Translations under genes and position numbers: made by a program
Notes under the pieces: model-generated
Told to the model about the DNA's origin: nothing
The model's input: the letters and a program-made list of their open reading frames with translations, nothing else
Databases searched by the model: none
Shown: in pieces, positions 1 to 16,469 of the stretch
Position numbering within the stretch: position 1 is the stretch's first letter
How the letters are laid out: each line of letters starts with the position of its first letter
NCBI RefSeq assembly: GCF_009914755.1
Contig: NC_060931.1
From: the human T2T-CHM13v2.0 reference genome, Homo sapiens
Direction: 5' to 3' (one strand)
Length of the DNA: 64,000 bases

Positions 1-877
1 GTAAAGTGCTCCATTTTCCTGAGGACACAGTTCTGAGTCAGGGCACTAGACATGGGAGCAAAATATAGGCTGCTTTATACCTCTCATTAATTTGTCCAGG
101 TACATTTATAGAGTATAGAAATGCACATCTATTTCAAGCAATGAGTGTTTGGATACAAACTCTCCATGCCAAGAAATTTTTTTTTAGATATGAAGTATCA
201 AAGGGTTATTCTACCACCTTGACCCTCAGGTTTCTTTGTGGCTTCCACTCACAGGAGTGCTTTACACACTCAGTAGTAGAGCACACATTTTATAGCAAAG
301 GCCATATTTTTGCTTCTGTGACACCCATCAAACACGATTCTATTAAAACTAAAGTTAACATTAATCATAATTATCACTGCCTATTTGCTTTCTTAGTCTA
401 ATATTGTATGTTAAATTGTTGTACGTTAAAATAGTGACTTTTATTTCAATAAACCTGTGGGTCTTAGCACAGTGCAGGCACTCAGCCTTTTTAGTTTCAG
501 CGTGGCTGTGCTCTCATGCATCCATCTTTAATTCTCTAAAAAGCATGTCCTCCATTTGGCCTAAGTCAGGACCAAACAACTCACAGACTTCTATTGTCCG
601 TAAGTTTAATTCTTCCTGCTCTCTGCATCCCAGTCTAACGTATCATCAGCTGCCATCAATGTAATTTTATTTTCAATTCAATTTAAAAACAATTTCAAAT
701 CCATTTTTTAGATCATAATTTAGTTGCCTTTTGGAAGCCTTTCAATTTCATTTAAATCTTTGTGTCTACTCATCAAAGAAAAACTGTCAAGAAATAATCT
801 TCTGAATGTGAAAGCTATCAATAAAAAATAAAGGCAAATAAGGCCTTTCTAGGTAAACAAAAACTGAGTTGATTTCA

Positions 878-1144
<267 letters not shown>

Positions 1145-1878
1145 TCATGTCATTATAAAAGACATCATGCATATATTTTTTAATTTCTTATATTATTTTA
1201 AAAAATGAATGCATAACAATATAAATAAAATTGTATTGTTGGACCAATTACAAATACATGTAATATACTTACCAATAACTAAACAAAACAGGTGAGTGAT
1301 AGCATGTTTTGCAATAAAAATTAGCTGAATATTCTGGAACAAATGAGAAAATTCAGAAATGGGAAATAAAAAGTTAATATCAAACAATTTGTAGATATAT
1401 CTTTGCTCTTTTTTCTTTTTTATCTCATTTTTAAAATTGAAATTATATAAAATAATATGTGTAAAATAATAAGTTTATAGCATGTGTCGATATAATAAGT
1501 GTAAAATTTATATCACAAAACGAGAAGCAGAAATAGAAATACATAGAACTAACGTTTGTATAACTCATCAGTATTGTTATTATAAATGTAAAACAGATTC
1601 TGAGGAATGAAGATGTATATCAGAAGCCCTAAAAGAACAAGAGATAGCTCCAAATATACATTAAAAATTATTTTTAAAATTGCAATGTTATATAAAAATG
1701 CTTTCTTAATGCAAAATAAGGCAAAATAGTAGAAAAAGAAATAAAATACACATGATATGTAGAAAACAAAAATAATACAGAAAAAATAAATCGAACTATA
1801 CGAATAATACTAAATATAAAAAAGATTAATTAATTAAATAAGAAAAACTAAGATTGTTAGACAGAATACAAAAATAAG

Positions 1879-2013
1879 AATCCCTGCTACTCAGGAGGCT
1901 GAGGCAGGAGAATCGCTTGAACCCAGGAGGCGGAGGTTGCAGTGAGACAAGAACACACCAGGCACTCCAGCCTGGGTGACAGAGTGAGACTCTGTCTAAA
2001 AAAAAAAAAAAAA
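1879..2013 (+). mobile_element. Alu, 5'-truncated
   Basis: Right-arm Alu sequence plus poly(A). Confidence 0.9.
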
Positions 2014-2279
2014 TTGACAAAAATAAAGCAAGAAAGAGATAATCAAAAAATAACAGTTTGAGATTTAAATACTTCATGCTCAATAATGAATTAAAACACA
2101 GTCAACAGGTCAAAGAGTAAACAGACTTGAAGAAAACAAAACCACTGAGATCTAGCAGATATATATAGTTCTTTCCACATAACAGGAATAGATATGCATT
2201 TTTACTAAGTATATATGGAATGTTTTTTAGAATAAACTATACTCTAGATAATTAAATACACAATAAAATTAAAAGAATT

Positions 2280-2576
<297 letters not shown>

Positions 2577-4103
2577 AAAATTAAAAGAATTGTGTAAATG
2601 CAAAGTATTTTCTCTCACTGCAATGGAATAAAATTAAAAATTAATTACATCAGGAAATCTGGGTAAGTCACAGGTATGTGAAAATTAAGCAATGAAATTC
2701 TAAATAGCCAAAGTGTCAAAGAAAAAATTTAAAAATTGGAAAATATTTCAGATGAATAAAAAGGTTTACTCAACAAAACATGCAAGATGCAGAAAACATG
2801 GTGTCCAAAGGGTATTTGTAGCAGTTAATTTCTTCATGAACAAAGGCATTTCAAATCAATAACCTTAGGCAAAGGGATTTCTTTGAGACAAAAAGTAGTC
2901 ATACTGAAATGCCTAACAGGAGATAATGGAGAGTGCAATTCTTTGGGAATAAGATCTTTGAAAAGTGTCCACATAGTTAAGAGAATCTAGCAGGCAGTGT
3001 ATAGGATTAGGGCCAGCTGCAGGCTCAGAAAAGACCTAGAATGATCCTAATTTCTGACGTCTATTTGACCTTCAATCTCTGGACAAGCAGAAAATAAAGG
3101 GGAAGGCCAAGTTGAAAACGTTCTCGTTAAGTGGAAAAGGTATTCTACAAGAGACACACAGAACACAGCTTCAAGAACTTGAAATTTTTGGCATTGGTAA
3201 ATTTATTTATTTAGGTTAGTTATTCTATAACTGACACATAATTTCACATATTTATAGGGTATAGCATAATGTTTTAAAATATATGTACATTGTGTTATGA
3301 TAAAATTCGGGTAATTAGCATGTTCATCATCTCAAACCATTATCATTTCTTCCTGGTAATAACTTTCAAGTTACTGTTTTCTAGCTATTATAAAATATAT
3401 ATGTTGTTATTATACCATAGTTGTTATAGTCACCCAACTGTGTAATAGAACACCAGAACTTATTTTTTCTATCTCACTGTAGCTTTGAACCCAGTGAATG
3501 ACCTCCCTTAATCTTTTTCTTCCCAGACCCCTCCCCAGACTCTGGTAACCACCAGTCTGTGCTTAACTTCTGCAAGATCAACTTCCCTATATTCCACTTA
3601 CTAGTGAGCTCATGCAATATTTGTCTTTCAATCTATGGTTTATTTCATTGAACATTATATTATCTAGGCTCACACATATTGCTACAGATGACAGTATTTT
3701 GTTTCTTTCCATAGCAAATAGTATTCCATTGTGTATATATACCACATTTTATTTATCTATTTATTTATTGATGGGCACATTTTGATTTCATCTCTTGGCT
3801 ACTGTGAATGGTGCTGGAATAAACATCATAGTGCAAATATCTTTTTGACATACTGATTTTAGTTACTTTGGCTATATACCAGTAGTTCAATAATGAACCG
3901 TACTTTAGCTCTATTTTTAACTTTTTGAGAAATCACCATACTTTTTTTATAATGATTGTACTAAGCTACATCCCACCAACAGTGTCAAAGAGTTTTCCTC
4001 TCACTCTGTCCTCACTTGTATTTGTTATGTTTTGTCTTCTTTATACTAGCCATTGTTACTAGGGTGGGATGGTATCTCATTGTAGCTTTAATTTTCATTT
4101 CCC

Positions 4104-4502
<399 letters not shown>

Positions 4503-6717
4503 TTAAATTGAATTATTTGTTTTGTTTTGTTGTTTGTTTGCTGGTTAGTTGTTTGAATCCTTTATATACTCTGGATATTTGTATAGTTTACAAATGTTTG
4601 CTCCCATTCTGTAGCTTGTCTCTTTCATATTTTGTAAAGATTTGAGAAGTATTTGTATTAATTCTTCTTTAAATGTGTGTCAGACTTTGACAGTAAAGCC
4701 ATTAGTCCCTGGGCTTTTCCTTGAGAGGAGAGTCTTTACTTCCAGTTTGATCTTGTTACTAATTATTTGTCTTTTTATGTTTGCTAATTTTTCATGATTT
4801 AATCTTGGTAAGTAGTATGTCTCCACAGATTTATCTATTTTTTCTCAATTTTTCATTTTATTGACATACAGTTGATCTTAGTAGTGTCTTGTGATCCTTT
4901 GTATGTCTGTGGTAGCAGTTGTGATTTCCCTCTTTTTATTTCTAGTTTTATTTATTTGAGTCTTCTCTGTTATTTTCTTAGTTTACTAGGAAGTGTTGAT
5001 TTTATTATTTCAAAAAACCAACTGCATCTTTCATATTTTCTATTTTCAATTCTCTATTTTGTTTACTTTTACTTTGATTTTTGATATTTCTTCCCTTCTA
5101 CTTTTTTGAGATTTGTTTTGTCTTGTTTTTCTGGTTCTTTGAGATGTATTATTAGGTTGTTTATTTGAAATATCTTTTTCATGTTGGTGTTTATTGTCAT
5201 AAACTCTTCTCTTACAATTGCTTTTGCTGTATCTCAAATTTTTTTTGATATGTGGTGTTTTCATTTTCATTTGTCTCAAGAAACTTATCATTTTTAATTT
5301 TTTTTACTTAACCACTCATTGTTCCAGGGCATGTCATTTAATTTCTATAAATTTGTATAGATTTTACCATTCCTTCTGTTATTCATTTTTAGTTTTCTTA
5401 TGTTTTGGTCAGAAAATATAGTTAATATAATTTCAATCTTTATAGATTTATTAAGACCTTTATTGTGACTTAACATATGATCTATCCTAAAGAATATCCA
5501 TGTCCTGTCCAGAAAATTTTATATTTTGCTGATGCTGGAGGAAATGCTCTGTAAATGTCCCTTAGGTATATTTGGCATAGAATGCAGTTTAACTCTATTT
5601 TTCTGTTTCTTTATTTTCTGTCTGGATGACTTTTTTATTGCTGAAAATGTGGTGTTGAAATTTCCTATTATTATTGTATTATAGTTAATTTCTCCCTCTA
5701 ACCTTATTAATATTTGCTTTATATATTTTGATGCCTCAGTGTTTAAGACATATTTATTTACAACTGTTATAAACTCTTGTAGTATTGACCTTTTTATTAT
5801 TTTATAATGGCATTTTACCATTCTTGACTTAAAGTCAATTTTATCTAATATAAGTGTATCTACTCTTGCTCTTTCTGAGTTTTCATTTCATGGTATACCT
5901 TTTCCCATCACTTTAAGTCTATGTGTCTTTGTAGATTAAATGACATTTTTATAAAAAGCATGTATTTGGTCCTTTTTTTTACCCATTCAGCCACACTTCA
6001 TTTTGTAATCGAATAATATAATCCATTTACATGCAAGGTTATTATTTACAGAAAAGGGTTTTTTCTACTACCATTTTGTTACTTCTTTTCTGGTTGTTTT
6101 GTAAATCTTTTTTTCTTTCTTCGTCTCTTACTATCTTCCTTTGTGGTTAAGTGATTTTCTCTAGTAGCGTATTATGATTTTATGCTATTTCTTTTAATGT
6201 ATCTATAGATTTTTGTTTTGCAGATAACGTAATGAATGCTTAACAAAAACTCCTTATGGTTATAGCATAGTCTTTTAAATTAATAACAACTTTAATTACA
6301 AATACAAGTAATATAAAACGCTGCGCTTTAACACCATCTCCCTCACACTCTTACTTTTTGATATTTTAAATTACATCTTCTTATATTACGTATCTCTTAG
6401 CCAATTGTCATAATTATTCTTGTGGCTAGTACTTTTGTATTATGTCCATACTTAAAATATAAGCAGTTTACCTACCACGATTATAGCATTATTCTGAGTT
6501 TTTCTGTATTCCTATTAAGACTTCTACCCGTGAGTTTTATAATTTTAGATGTTTCTTTGTTACATGTCAATGTTTATTTCTTTTAGATTAAAGAATTGTC
6601 CTTAGCATTTTCTGTAAGACACATCTGGTGTCAAGAAATTCCCTCAGCTTTCATTTGTCTGGAAAAGTCTTTATTTATTTTTTGTGTTTGAAGGCTAGCT
6701 TTGGGGGGTACAGTATT

Positions 6718-6856
6718 CTTTTTTTTATTTTTGAAACAGAATGTCTCTCTGTCATCTAGGATAAAGTGCAGCAGCAAGATCATAGCTCACTGCAGCACTG
6801 AATTCTTGGTCCCAAGTGATCCTTCCACCTCAGCCTTCCAAGTACCTGGGACTACA
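6718..6856 (-). mobile_element. Old Alu monomer (FLAM/AluJ-like)
   Basis: Diverged Alu arm text. Confidence 0.75.
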
Positions 6857-7749
6857 CAGTTGTTTTAAATTATTCATAAAGCAAGACATAAATCTATGTT
6901 TCTTTAGGCTTGTTTTCTGAAGGTTTATTTTGTTCTATTGATTGAGCCATGTTTCCCTGTTTTATATGCCTTATAATCTTTTTATGAGAGTTAATAATTT
7001 GCAGAAAAAATAAAAACCCCAGGCACTTTATTCACTGTTTATAGACAGGCTTACTGCAGGAATAAACTGTCACTAATCAGTGTGGTGTAGAGATGCTAGA
7101 AACTCACAAAAGCTTCCTGGGTTTTTAGTGTATATTTTTATTCCAGTTTCTGATAAATATACTTCTCATGTCTCAATTTACCCAAGAGTTTCAGCCAGTT
7201 TTGTCTCAAAAGCCTGGGGTTTCTGTTTTGTTTCTCTGACTGTAACTTGCTGCCTTCAGGTCCCTGGATTACTATAGAATTTCTGCAAATCTAACACAAC
7301 ACGGTGCCTGCTGCTGATTTTCACGGCCTCCATTCTGTTATCCAAATTTTGCTTCATTTATATCAGTGTTTCGAGTTGAATAAAACAGGAGCCACTACCT
7401 CAGTTAGTACAGCAATTAACTACAATGATCCAAGTTATTTCTAGTTATTCCATTTTATATGAGGTAGAAATTGTGAATTGGCTGCCTTCCTTCAGATTAC
7501 AGTACACTGCACCAGATCAGGATAGAGAAAAAGCACATGAAAAATGCCGCCGAATTTTCTAGCATTTGAGGTGCAGTTTTTTTCATAACTAAGCATTCGG
7601 TTGGTTGCTACAGTTTCTCAATTGATTGCTAGAGTTGCCACAAAGATATTTTGTGCATATTTTGTTGTTAATTTCTTATTTCCACAGGGAACTGAGGGCC
7701 TGAAACTTCCTAGTATGCCGTCTTTCTGACATTACCTCCTTAGAAAAAA

Positions 7750-8118
7750 AAGGACTTATTTTTAAAAATTGACTCACTCAATTATTGAGGCTGACAATGC
7801 TAAATCTGAAGAATAAAGTGGCACTGGATACTTAGGGAAGTGTTGATGTTTTAGTCTCAAGTCTAAAGCTATTATGTAAGTAGGATATTTTTCCTTAGGA
7901 GAACTCAATATTTCCTCTTAAAGCCTCTAATGGGTAAAATGAGTTTCTGCCATATTATGAGGGTAGCATGCTTTGTTCAACTGAAGAAAATGCTAAGTAT
8001 TTAAATGTTAATCTCATCAAAAAGATACCTTTACACCAACATCTAGACTGGTGTTTCACAAACAAAAAAACTTAGTACCAAAGCTTAGCCATGTTGACAC
8101 ATAGAATAAACCATCACA
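7750..8118 (-). mobile_element. MLT2-type LTR (ERVL)
   Basis: Ends ...gttgacacatagaataaaccatcaca, the reverse complement of the MLT2 start TGTGATGGTTAATTTTATGTGTCAAC. Confidence 0.75.
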
Positions 8119-9744
8119 GACACTAAAAGTATTGTTAGTTTCAGGCTATTACAAATCCTTCTTCAGTGAAGGGAATGGTATAGAGCTTCATGTGTTCTTT
8201 AATAGAATTTCTGTAAGTATATTCTCATAGGAAGAACTGTTGAGTCATTAGGTTTCTGTTTAATGTTATTGTCCTATTTGCCCATGCTTGAATTTGTCCA
8301 GAGTTTTAATCTTTTTTTCATTCTGATTAATATCATTGCACCAAGACACATCACATCACTGTCTTCAAGTTCTGCTGGTGATTGGTAATTGGAAACCTGT
8401 TATTTATTTTCAAGCAGAAAAGTTGTAAATGTATTGCCCTTTTTGACTTAAGATTGATAAACCCAGACTAATAGTACATAAACAATGGATAATCCATAGT
8501 GAGAATTGACCCATTAATATAAACATGCAGAAAAGAAATAAAAAGTGCTTAAAATAGCTGTCAACTTTGAATCAAACATAAGTGGAGTTAATAGAAAAAA
8601 ATAGTCCCAAGAATCTTTACACTGTTGATATTTGAGAATATCTGGATATTCATAGCCAAATGTCTTAATGGAAAACAAAATTATCAACATGAAAAACAGA
8701 GGTAGTAAAAAAGATTAAAATCCTTTAAAAAAGGAGTACTGAGAAAAACCTTTATATTATAGAAACTCACAAATATTTGGTAATATTGAAAGCACAAAGT
8801 ATAAAGTGTTAAGAAATTTATTCAGACTTTGAAAACAAAATGACAATTTTTCAAGGCATAGACTTTTCAAGGTAAGAAAAGATGCTTACTTGATAGTGCA
8901 AGTTATACAACAAAAAGTAAAGCTTTACATGGTCATTTTACAGCCAAAACTACAGTTCAAAAGAGGACTGTTTTATGGCTACAGTTTTTTCACTGTTTTC
9001 TCCATGCCATGTCCTTTCACATGTTCTTTCTAGGTCCTGATGAGAAGTTTGAAATTATTTAATGTGATGAAAACCTGTTTTTTAACTGAAGGGTTTGAGG
9101 TTCTTTACAGCTTATCAATGCAATGGTTAAATCATTTAATTGAGATAAAAGGCATAAATCAGGCTGTTAGCATTGTTTGTCTTTGTCTCATTTTTATGAG
9201 ATTCCAACACAAAATGTGGTAAATATTACATTAGTTAGAATAGGTAAAGCATGAACGTGAGTAGGTTGCATATTGTAAGCACCATAGAAAGAAACAAATC
9301 AGAATTTTGAAATCTCTTACGAGAAAATGTATCTTACAAATAACATTTTCAGGATACTTAATGGTAAGTGAGTAATTCTAAATTAAGATTTTGGTGACAC
9401 ACATATACCACAGCTTATTTTTCCATGTAAAATCTTCTGTTTGAGTGTGAATGTTAAGTGTGGAAAAATAATAGAATAACCTTGTGGATTTAAAATCTGA
9501 AATGATCTTTCCTTTCCAGATTGAGATTACAATCTTGAAGAATTTCTCTTACAATTTTTTTTATTTTACTGGGTGCAGCTTATGGCCTACAGTTTTTAGT
9601 TACCTAACTGTAGCCAAGATTGGAGATCGTGGCAGCTTTTCAATTAAAACATTTTCTCACTGATTTTGGGTGCAAATTTATTTAATGTGTTTACAGAATA
9701 GTTAATTATGAGACCTGCCCTTTTAATGTCTTTCATACTATTAC

Positions 9745-10322
9745 TGTTGTGGGAAACTGAGGAATGGTGAGACCGATATGGAGAACAGGAGGATTGTTTA
9801 TTTTAGGTATGCACTGGCTCAGTGGATTTGCATTCAAAAAGCTGAGTCTTGAACAAATACAGAGCAGGGTTTTTATAAGCAAACTTACAGAGGCAAAACA
9901 AAAGCAGTTAATCATACAATGACAGGTCACGTAATCTATAGCATAACTGTTGACTTAGCATAACTTGTGGCCTTGCATAGCTAGTGACCTTGTAGCTGCG
10001 TCAAAAGAAAAACAAGAACTGGCTAAATACAGACATTTGTAAAACATAATCATGCTTAAGAAACCAGGGAAAGGAGTAACAGTAAAAGAATTTGTCTTTC
10101 TCTTCTTTTTTTCCCTTCAACGTTGTTCTGGTAGCGGGTAGGGGGGTGGTGTCTGAAGCCCATTCCTTTGGCCTTGGCTTTCCAGACAGCATTATCTTAT
10201 AACTGTCCTTGAAGTGAGCTGCTAAGCAGAGGAACAGTTATTGTTTTCTTTTTAACCCTTGCCTTGCCTGTTACTTTTCTTAGAGTGAATGAACGCATAT
10301 TTATTTTTAAATTTCTGCCTCA
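9745..10322 (-). mobile_element. Solo ERV1-class LTR
   Basis: TG...CA termini with 4-bp TSD TTAC (9741-9744 and 10323-10326); AATAAA on minus strand; subfamily not assigned. Confidence 0.8.
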
Positions 10323-10470
10323 TTACCATCAGCACTAGAAACTCCAAGATGCCTCAAGCTTAAAGTAAAAGCCCTAGAGTACATTGGCTCTTCCCATGTT
10401 CTGTGCTGGGTCTAGAATATGCTGGTAAATATTAGAGTTTCTATAGTTATTAAATTTAAAAAACAAAACT

Positions 10471-10786
<316 letters not shown>

Positions 10787-10859
10787 CTAAACTAAAACTA
10801 TATACTTTTGATATGATTTAGTTAAGTTTATGACAAAGAGAGCATTTGAAACACTTTCA

Positions 10860-12820
10860 TTTTTCTATAATGTTTTTAAAAATATGTTTTTAAATTGATG
10901 CATAAAATCTGTATTTATCCATAAAACATGATGTTTTAAAGTATATATACATTGTCAATGCTTAATTCTAGGTAATTAACAAATGCTTTATCTCACATCA
11001 TTGACACTTTTGCGACAAGAGCATATAAAATTGACTGTCCTAGCATTTTTTAAAAATGCAATATATCATTACTAACTATAGTCACTATTCTGTACAATAG
11101 TCCTTTTGAACTTATTTTTCCTAGCCAACTGTAATTATATATCTTTTCACAGACATCTCCACATACATTTCTTTCTTCTAATTACATTAGAATCTGGTAA
11201 CCACCACAAAACTCTCTACTTTAATAACATCAAGTTGTTTAGATAAGTGAACAACAGTGAAATGATGAGGTGTTAATCTTTCTGTGCTTGACTTACTTTA
11301 ACAAATATAATTTCCTCTAGGTTCATCCATATGATTGCAAATGACAGGATTTTCTTATTTTGTGTATATACATATACACAAAATATGTATATACACAATA
11401 TATATAAATATATATACTATAAATATAACCTGAAATATACATATATATTATATATATGTTTATATAAAAAATACATACAAACAAAAAATATATACCACAT
11501 TGTCTTTATTCACTTATTGGATGATAGACACTTAGACTGATTCTATACTATGAATCTGTGAAGAGTTCTGCAATAAATATAGTAGTGCAGATTTCTCTTC
11601 AACATACGTATTTTATTTGTTTTGGGATTTAGACCCAATAGTGCAATTGCAGCATCATATGATAGTACTATGTTAATCTTTTTGAGAAATCTTCATTCTG
11701 TTTTTTATAATGGCTTTACTGATTTATATTCACACCAACAGTGTTTAAGCATTCTCTTTCCCCTATTTACTAATACTTGTTATCTTTTTCTTTTTAATAA
11801 GAGTCATTCTAGCAAGAGTGAATTGATATCTTATCAATGTTTTGGCTTGCCTTTCCCTGAAGATAACTGACATTGAACCTTTTTTTTAAAAATATGTTTG
11901 TCATGTGTATGTCCTTTTTTGAAAAATGTCTATTTTGGCCTTTTGCTCATTTTTAATAGTTGTCTTCTTTGTTGTATAGTCATTTGAGTTTCTTATATAT
12001 TTTTGATATTTAACCTCTTGTCAGATGTAAAATTTGGAAATATTTTCTCACACATTTTAGTTGTCTTATTATTCTCTTGATTGCAAATGCTGATGTGTAA
12101 TAGCTTTTTAATTTGAAATAATCTGATTTATCTATGTTTACATTTGTTCTCTAGGATTTTGAGGTTAAATCCAAAACATCATTGCCCGGACTCATGTTAT
12201 AAAGCTTTAACAATATTTTTTCTTGTAGTAGTTTCAGAGTTTCAAGTCTTAAATTCAAGTTTCTAATACATTTTAGATGAGTTCTATACATGGTATGAGA
12301 TGAGGGTCTTATTTTATTGTTTTCATGTGGATATAAAGTTTTCCCAACATCATTTATTGAAGAGACTCTCTTTTTTTAATAACTTGTCACCTTCATCTAA
12401 AATCAATTAATTGTAAATGCATGGATTTACTTCTGGTCTCTCTATTCTGCTTCATTAACCTATGAGTTAATTTTTAAGCCAGTACCATACAGTTTTGGCT
12501 ACTATACCTTTGCAGGATATTTTGAAGTCTGGTAGGGGAATGTTCTCAGCTGTGGGTTTGTTTTTTTTTTTATTTTTTTTTATTGCATAGTGAGAGTCTT
12601 TTCTAGTACCGTATAAATTTTGGAATTGTTTTTAAATGTTTCTGTGAAGAAAGTCATTGGTTTTTGATAAAGGTTGTATTATATCTGCAGATCATTTTGT
12701 GTAATACAGACATTTAACAATATTAATTATGCCAATTTACAAATAAATATCTTTGCAAGTATTTGTGTATTATTTAGTTTCTTACTTCAACAGTCTTTAG
12801 CTTACAATGTAGAGATCTTT
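10860..12820 (-). mobile_element. L1MA/MB-type 3' fragment with TA-rich low-complexity patch (about 11360-11500)
   Basis: Antisense L1 3'UTR and ORF2-end text. Confidence 0.75.
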
Positions 12821-12832
12821 AGTTTATAACTT

Positions 12833-12902
12833 AGGAATAAAATAATCACAGGTACACCAACAGGTGGGCCAGCAATGATGTACCTGTGATTATTTTATTC
12901 CT
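12833..12902. repeat. Perfect 24-bp inverted repeat with 22-nt spacer (hairpin/cruciform)
   Basis: aggaataaaataatcacaggtaca (12833-12856) is the exact reverse complement of tgtacctgtgattattttattcct (12879-12902). Confidence 0.95.
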
Positions 12903-13039
12903 GCTGCCCTCTGCTTTTTACATGGACAGTATCTGTTCCACCCTCGGAACTGAAGAGAGATGTTGGTAGGGAGAGGCTCTTCCTTCACCTCTGGCGGAAA
13001 AGATTTTTTCAGGATCTTCATCCCCTGTCGTCGAAGCTA

Positions 13040-13335
13040 CACTTTAATGTAGCAGCTATTGACCAAGTGTGGCTACTGAGTGCCTGGTATGTGGCTGGTC
13101 TGAACTGCGATGTTCTAGAAAGGTAAAATACAGAGTTAGTTTCAAAGATTTATTTCCATATATATATATACACTTTATTAGTAATAAATATTTCTTACAT
13201 ATTGAAATGATAATATTTTGAATATAGTGAGTTAATTAAATTGCTACAATCAATTCCACCTGTTTCTTCTTTTTTTAAAGTTTGGCTACCAGAAAATGTA
13301 AAATTCACATGTGGCTCACATTTTATTTCAGAGGA
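13040..13335. mobile_element. MER33/MER3-like hAT-Charlie DNA transposon remnant
   Basis: tgtggctactgag...tgtggctggt and aaaattcacatgtggctcacatt motifs. Confidence 0.65.
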
Positions 13336-13497
13336 TTGCCTCCGTTTTAAAATCCCAGGCTGCCTGCTCAACAACCAGAAGCCAGGAAGGTCATAAAATC
13401 TGAATTTGTTAAATAATGGTTATTATATTCTTTGCATTTGTGAAGAGCCATATAATATATTATTTATAAATGCATATGACCTTATACGCATGGTTAA

Positions 13498-13745
13498 ATG
13501 CAAATGCCCTCTGGGGCGGGACTGGCTCAGCTCAGGAAAAAGCCCTGCCTGAAAAGGCGGCAGCTTAGGTTTCACTCTGTCTTCATTCAGCCCAGCATCT
13601 GAGCACATCTTCCGCTACTCAGGGCCTGAGTGGGTGGGGCCCTAAACATTATCCAATCAGGATCGCTGGGCTAGGAACCGTCCAATCAGGCACGTAGCTG
13701 GAGCGGACAGGACGGCTTCCGGGATTTGGCGCGGCCTTTGTCTCG
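13498..13745 (+). promoter_or_regulatory. ZNF91-subfamily-type promoter
   Basis: Octamer ATGCAAAT 13498-13505; GC box 13513-13522; two CCAAT boxes (13653, 13682); ETS-like CTTCCGG about 13716; E2F-like TTTGGCGC 13725-13732; CpG-rich to about 14240. Confidence 0.8.
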
Positions 13746-14059
13746 CTACCATTGGAGCTCCAGGTCTTCTCTTCGCTTTTCTGTGTCCTCTGCTCCTAGA
13801 GGCCCAACCTCTGTGTCCCTGTGACCTGTAGGTATTGGGAGATCCACAGCTAAGACGCCAGGACCCCCTGGAAGCCTAGAAGTGGTGAGAGTGACGGGTC
13901 CGACATCCCGAGAGAGAGGGAGGGGGCTGGTTGGAACCGGTAGGAAGTGGCTGTGGCGGGACTCGGGCCTCCCCGAAGTCGGCTCCAAATTCCACGGACC
14001 TCCCCCGTCCCCACTGAGTTCTCCTTGGCTCAGCTCGGCCCTCAGCCCCCTTTAGCCAT

Positions 14060-14070
14060 AAGATGGCGGC
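14060..14070 (+). promoter_or_regulatory. YY1 motif in intron 1
   Basis: AAGATGGCGGC, matching the YY1 consensus. Confidence 0.6.
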
Positions 14071-14424
14071 CCGGCTCACAGCAGTGACCCCGGGCGTCCT
14101 GTCTCCTCCCTGCGCAGTGACTGTGCCCTGGCCTGGAGTCCTCTCTGGGCAGCTCTGCACCTACAGCGCCGCATCCCTCCCCGATTGTGCAGGGACCGCG
14201 AGAAGGTAGTCGGGAGAATCCTGACTCGGGGTGCGGGGTTTATGAATGGGAAGAGCTTTGATCCGTGGGGTTCCCAGTCACTCTTTTCTCCTGTAAAGTA
14301 TTTATGGGAGTAACCAGAAAAATATTAAAGAATTTAATCAAAGAGTGATTCAAAAATTGTAGAGCACCAAGCTATGGTTTCTAGTTTATGTTCCATCAGG
14401 TGGACTTAAAGAAAAGTCATTTTA

Positions 14425-14719
<295 letters not shown>

Positions 14720-16156
14720 GTCATTTTAAGGTGCATGATGAAGAAAATCAGTGGTTAGGTACAGTTACGTAGTTTCTCAACTTGTATGATCGAGGTGAAA
14801 ATTTCCTGATAATGTAATCAGCGGTTAATTGGCAGTTTATAGTTGCCTAAATTTTGCTTTCTCCAATATAGTAATTGACAAAAAAATGCACTTGAGTTAG
14901 ATTTTTGTTTTTTTAAGTAGGAATCCAGGGGCTAGAGCCACCTCAGTCTAATTGCCTGCCATTTAATTATGTTCACACTCCACAGGGGACAGATTTTACC
15001 CTGCATTTTTCACATGTGTCCCAAACAGGGTCTCAAGTCTACCCCCCACCCCCTAATCCTTCAGTCTAACTCTGGCTTGCAGTAAAATACTAAATTTCCA
15101 GTTCCTTGTGACATTCCCAAATGCCAACTTCCCCTCCCTAATTTGCATGATCAACTATTTGTTCTTTAGTATACATTTTTGATACTGCATTTTAATTAAT
15201 CATTATTAATCATTATGACAAAGTATTGGATGGCACTTTTTAAAACATTTGTTTTCTGTTTGTAAATATTTCCCATAAGAAGAAAGTTCCACAGACACTG
15301 TATTGTAAAAAAGTCTGTGCCTCTTTTTCTTTTATCTTCCCTAGGCACAGAGATCTTGTCAGAATGTTTTTGGGTCATGGTTTCCCTTTGGAAACTATGG
15401 GGTGATGTGTTCTCAGCCATCATTTAGTTTTTTACTGGTCCTGGGTTTCAGTACTGTCTGGGGATGAACCAAGATACCCACCATGGCTGTCTGCTATAAT
15501 GTCTAGTGACTCTCAGGTCCTGGGTCATTTTCTCCAATAGGAAAACTGGAGGTATGGAGTGTAGCCTCTTGAAAGAGCAGATGGATGCCCTAGGGCTGAG
15601 AGGAATCTCCTGGTATACTATTTTTTTTGAAAAGTTAACCCCGTGAGACATTAAGATTGTCTTCAAGCCAGATTCCATTTCTTGTAGACACATTGCTGGT
15701 CAGATAATCAGATGCTGGTATTGAGGGGAAAACACAGAAATAATTTTTGCTCCCTGGATTCTGTATAGGGGCAGAAAAATTGTGAAAGAAATACAACAGA
15801 GGAAAAATTGTGAAAGAAGTACAACAGAGGAAAAATAGTGAAAGACAAATAGTGAAAAATTTGTGAAAGAAAAAATAGTATTCCAAAAAAACAAACAAAA
15901 ACTGACCCCAGTGAGATGGTTCAATAACTTAACCCCAGGTGCAAAGTAAAATGCACCTGGGGCACGCACTGGGGCATAGTGCAATGTCTCCTGAGAGACA
16001 GGTTATTGAGCACTTAAGTGAGCAGGATGGGGGGTGAGAATCTCTTAAGCGATTGGATGGCCTGACTTGACACATGAGTCAGGCACATCTGTTTTTTAAT
16101 CAGCACTGCCACACCATAAATTTGTCACTGTGAAAATATTTGTTTACTTATTTTGA

Positions 16157-16469
<313 letters not shown>

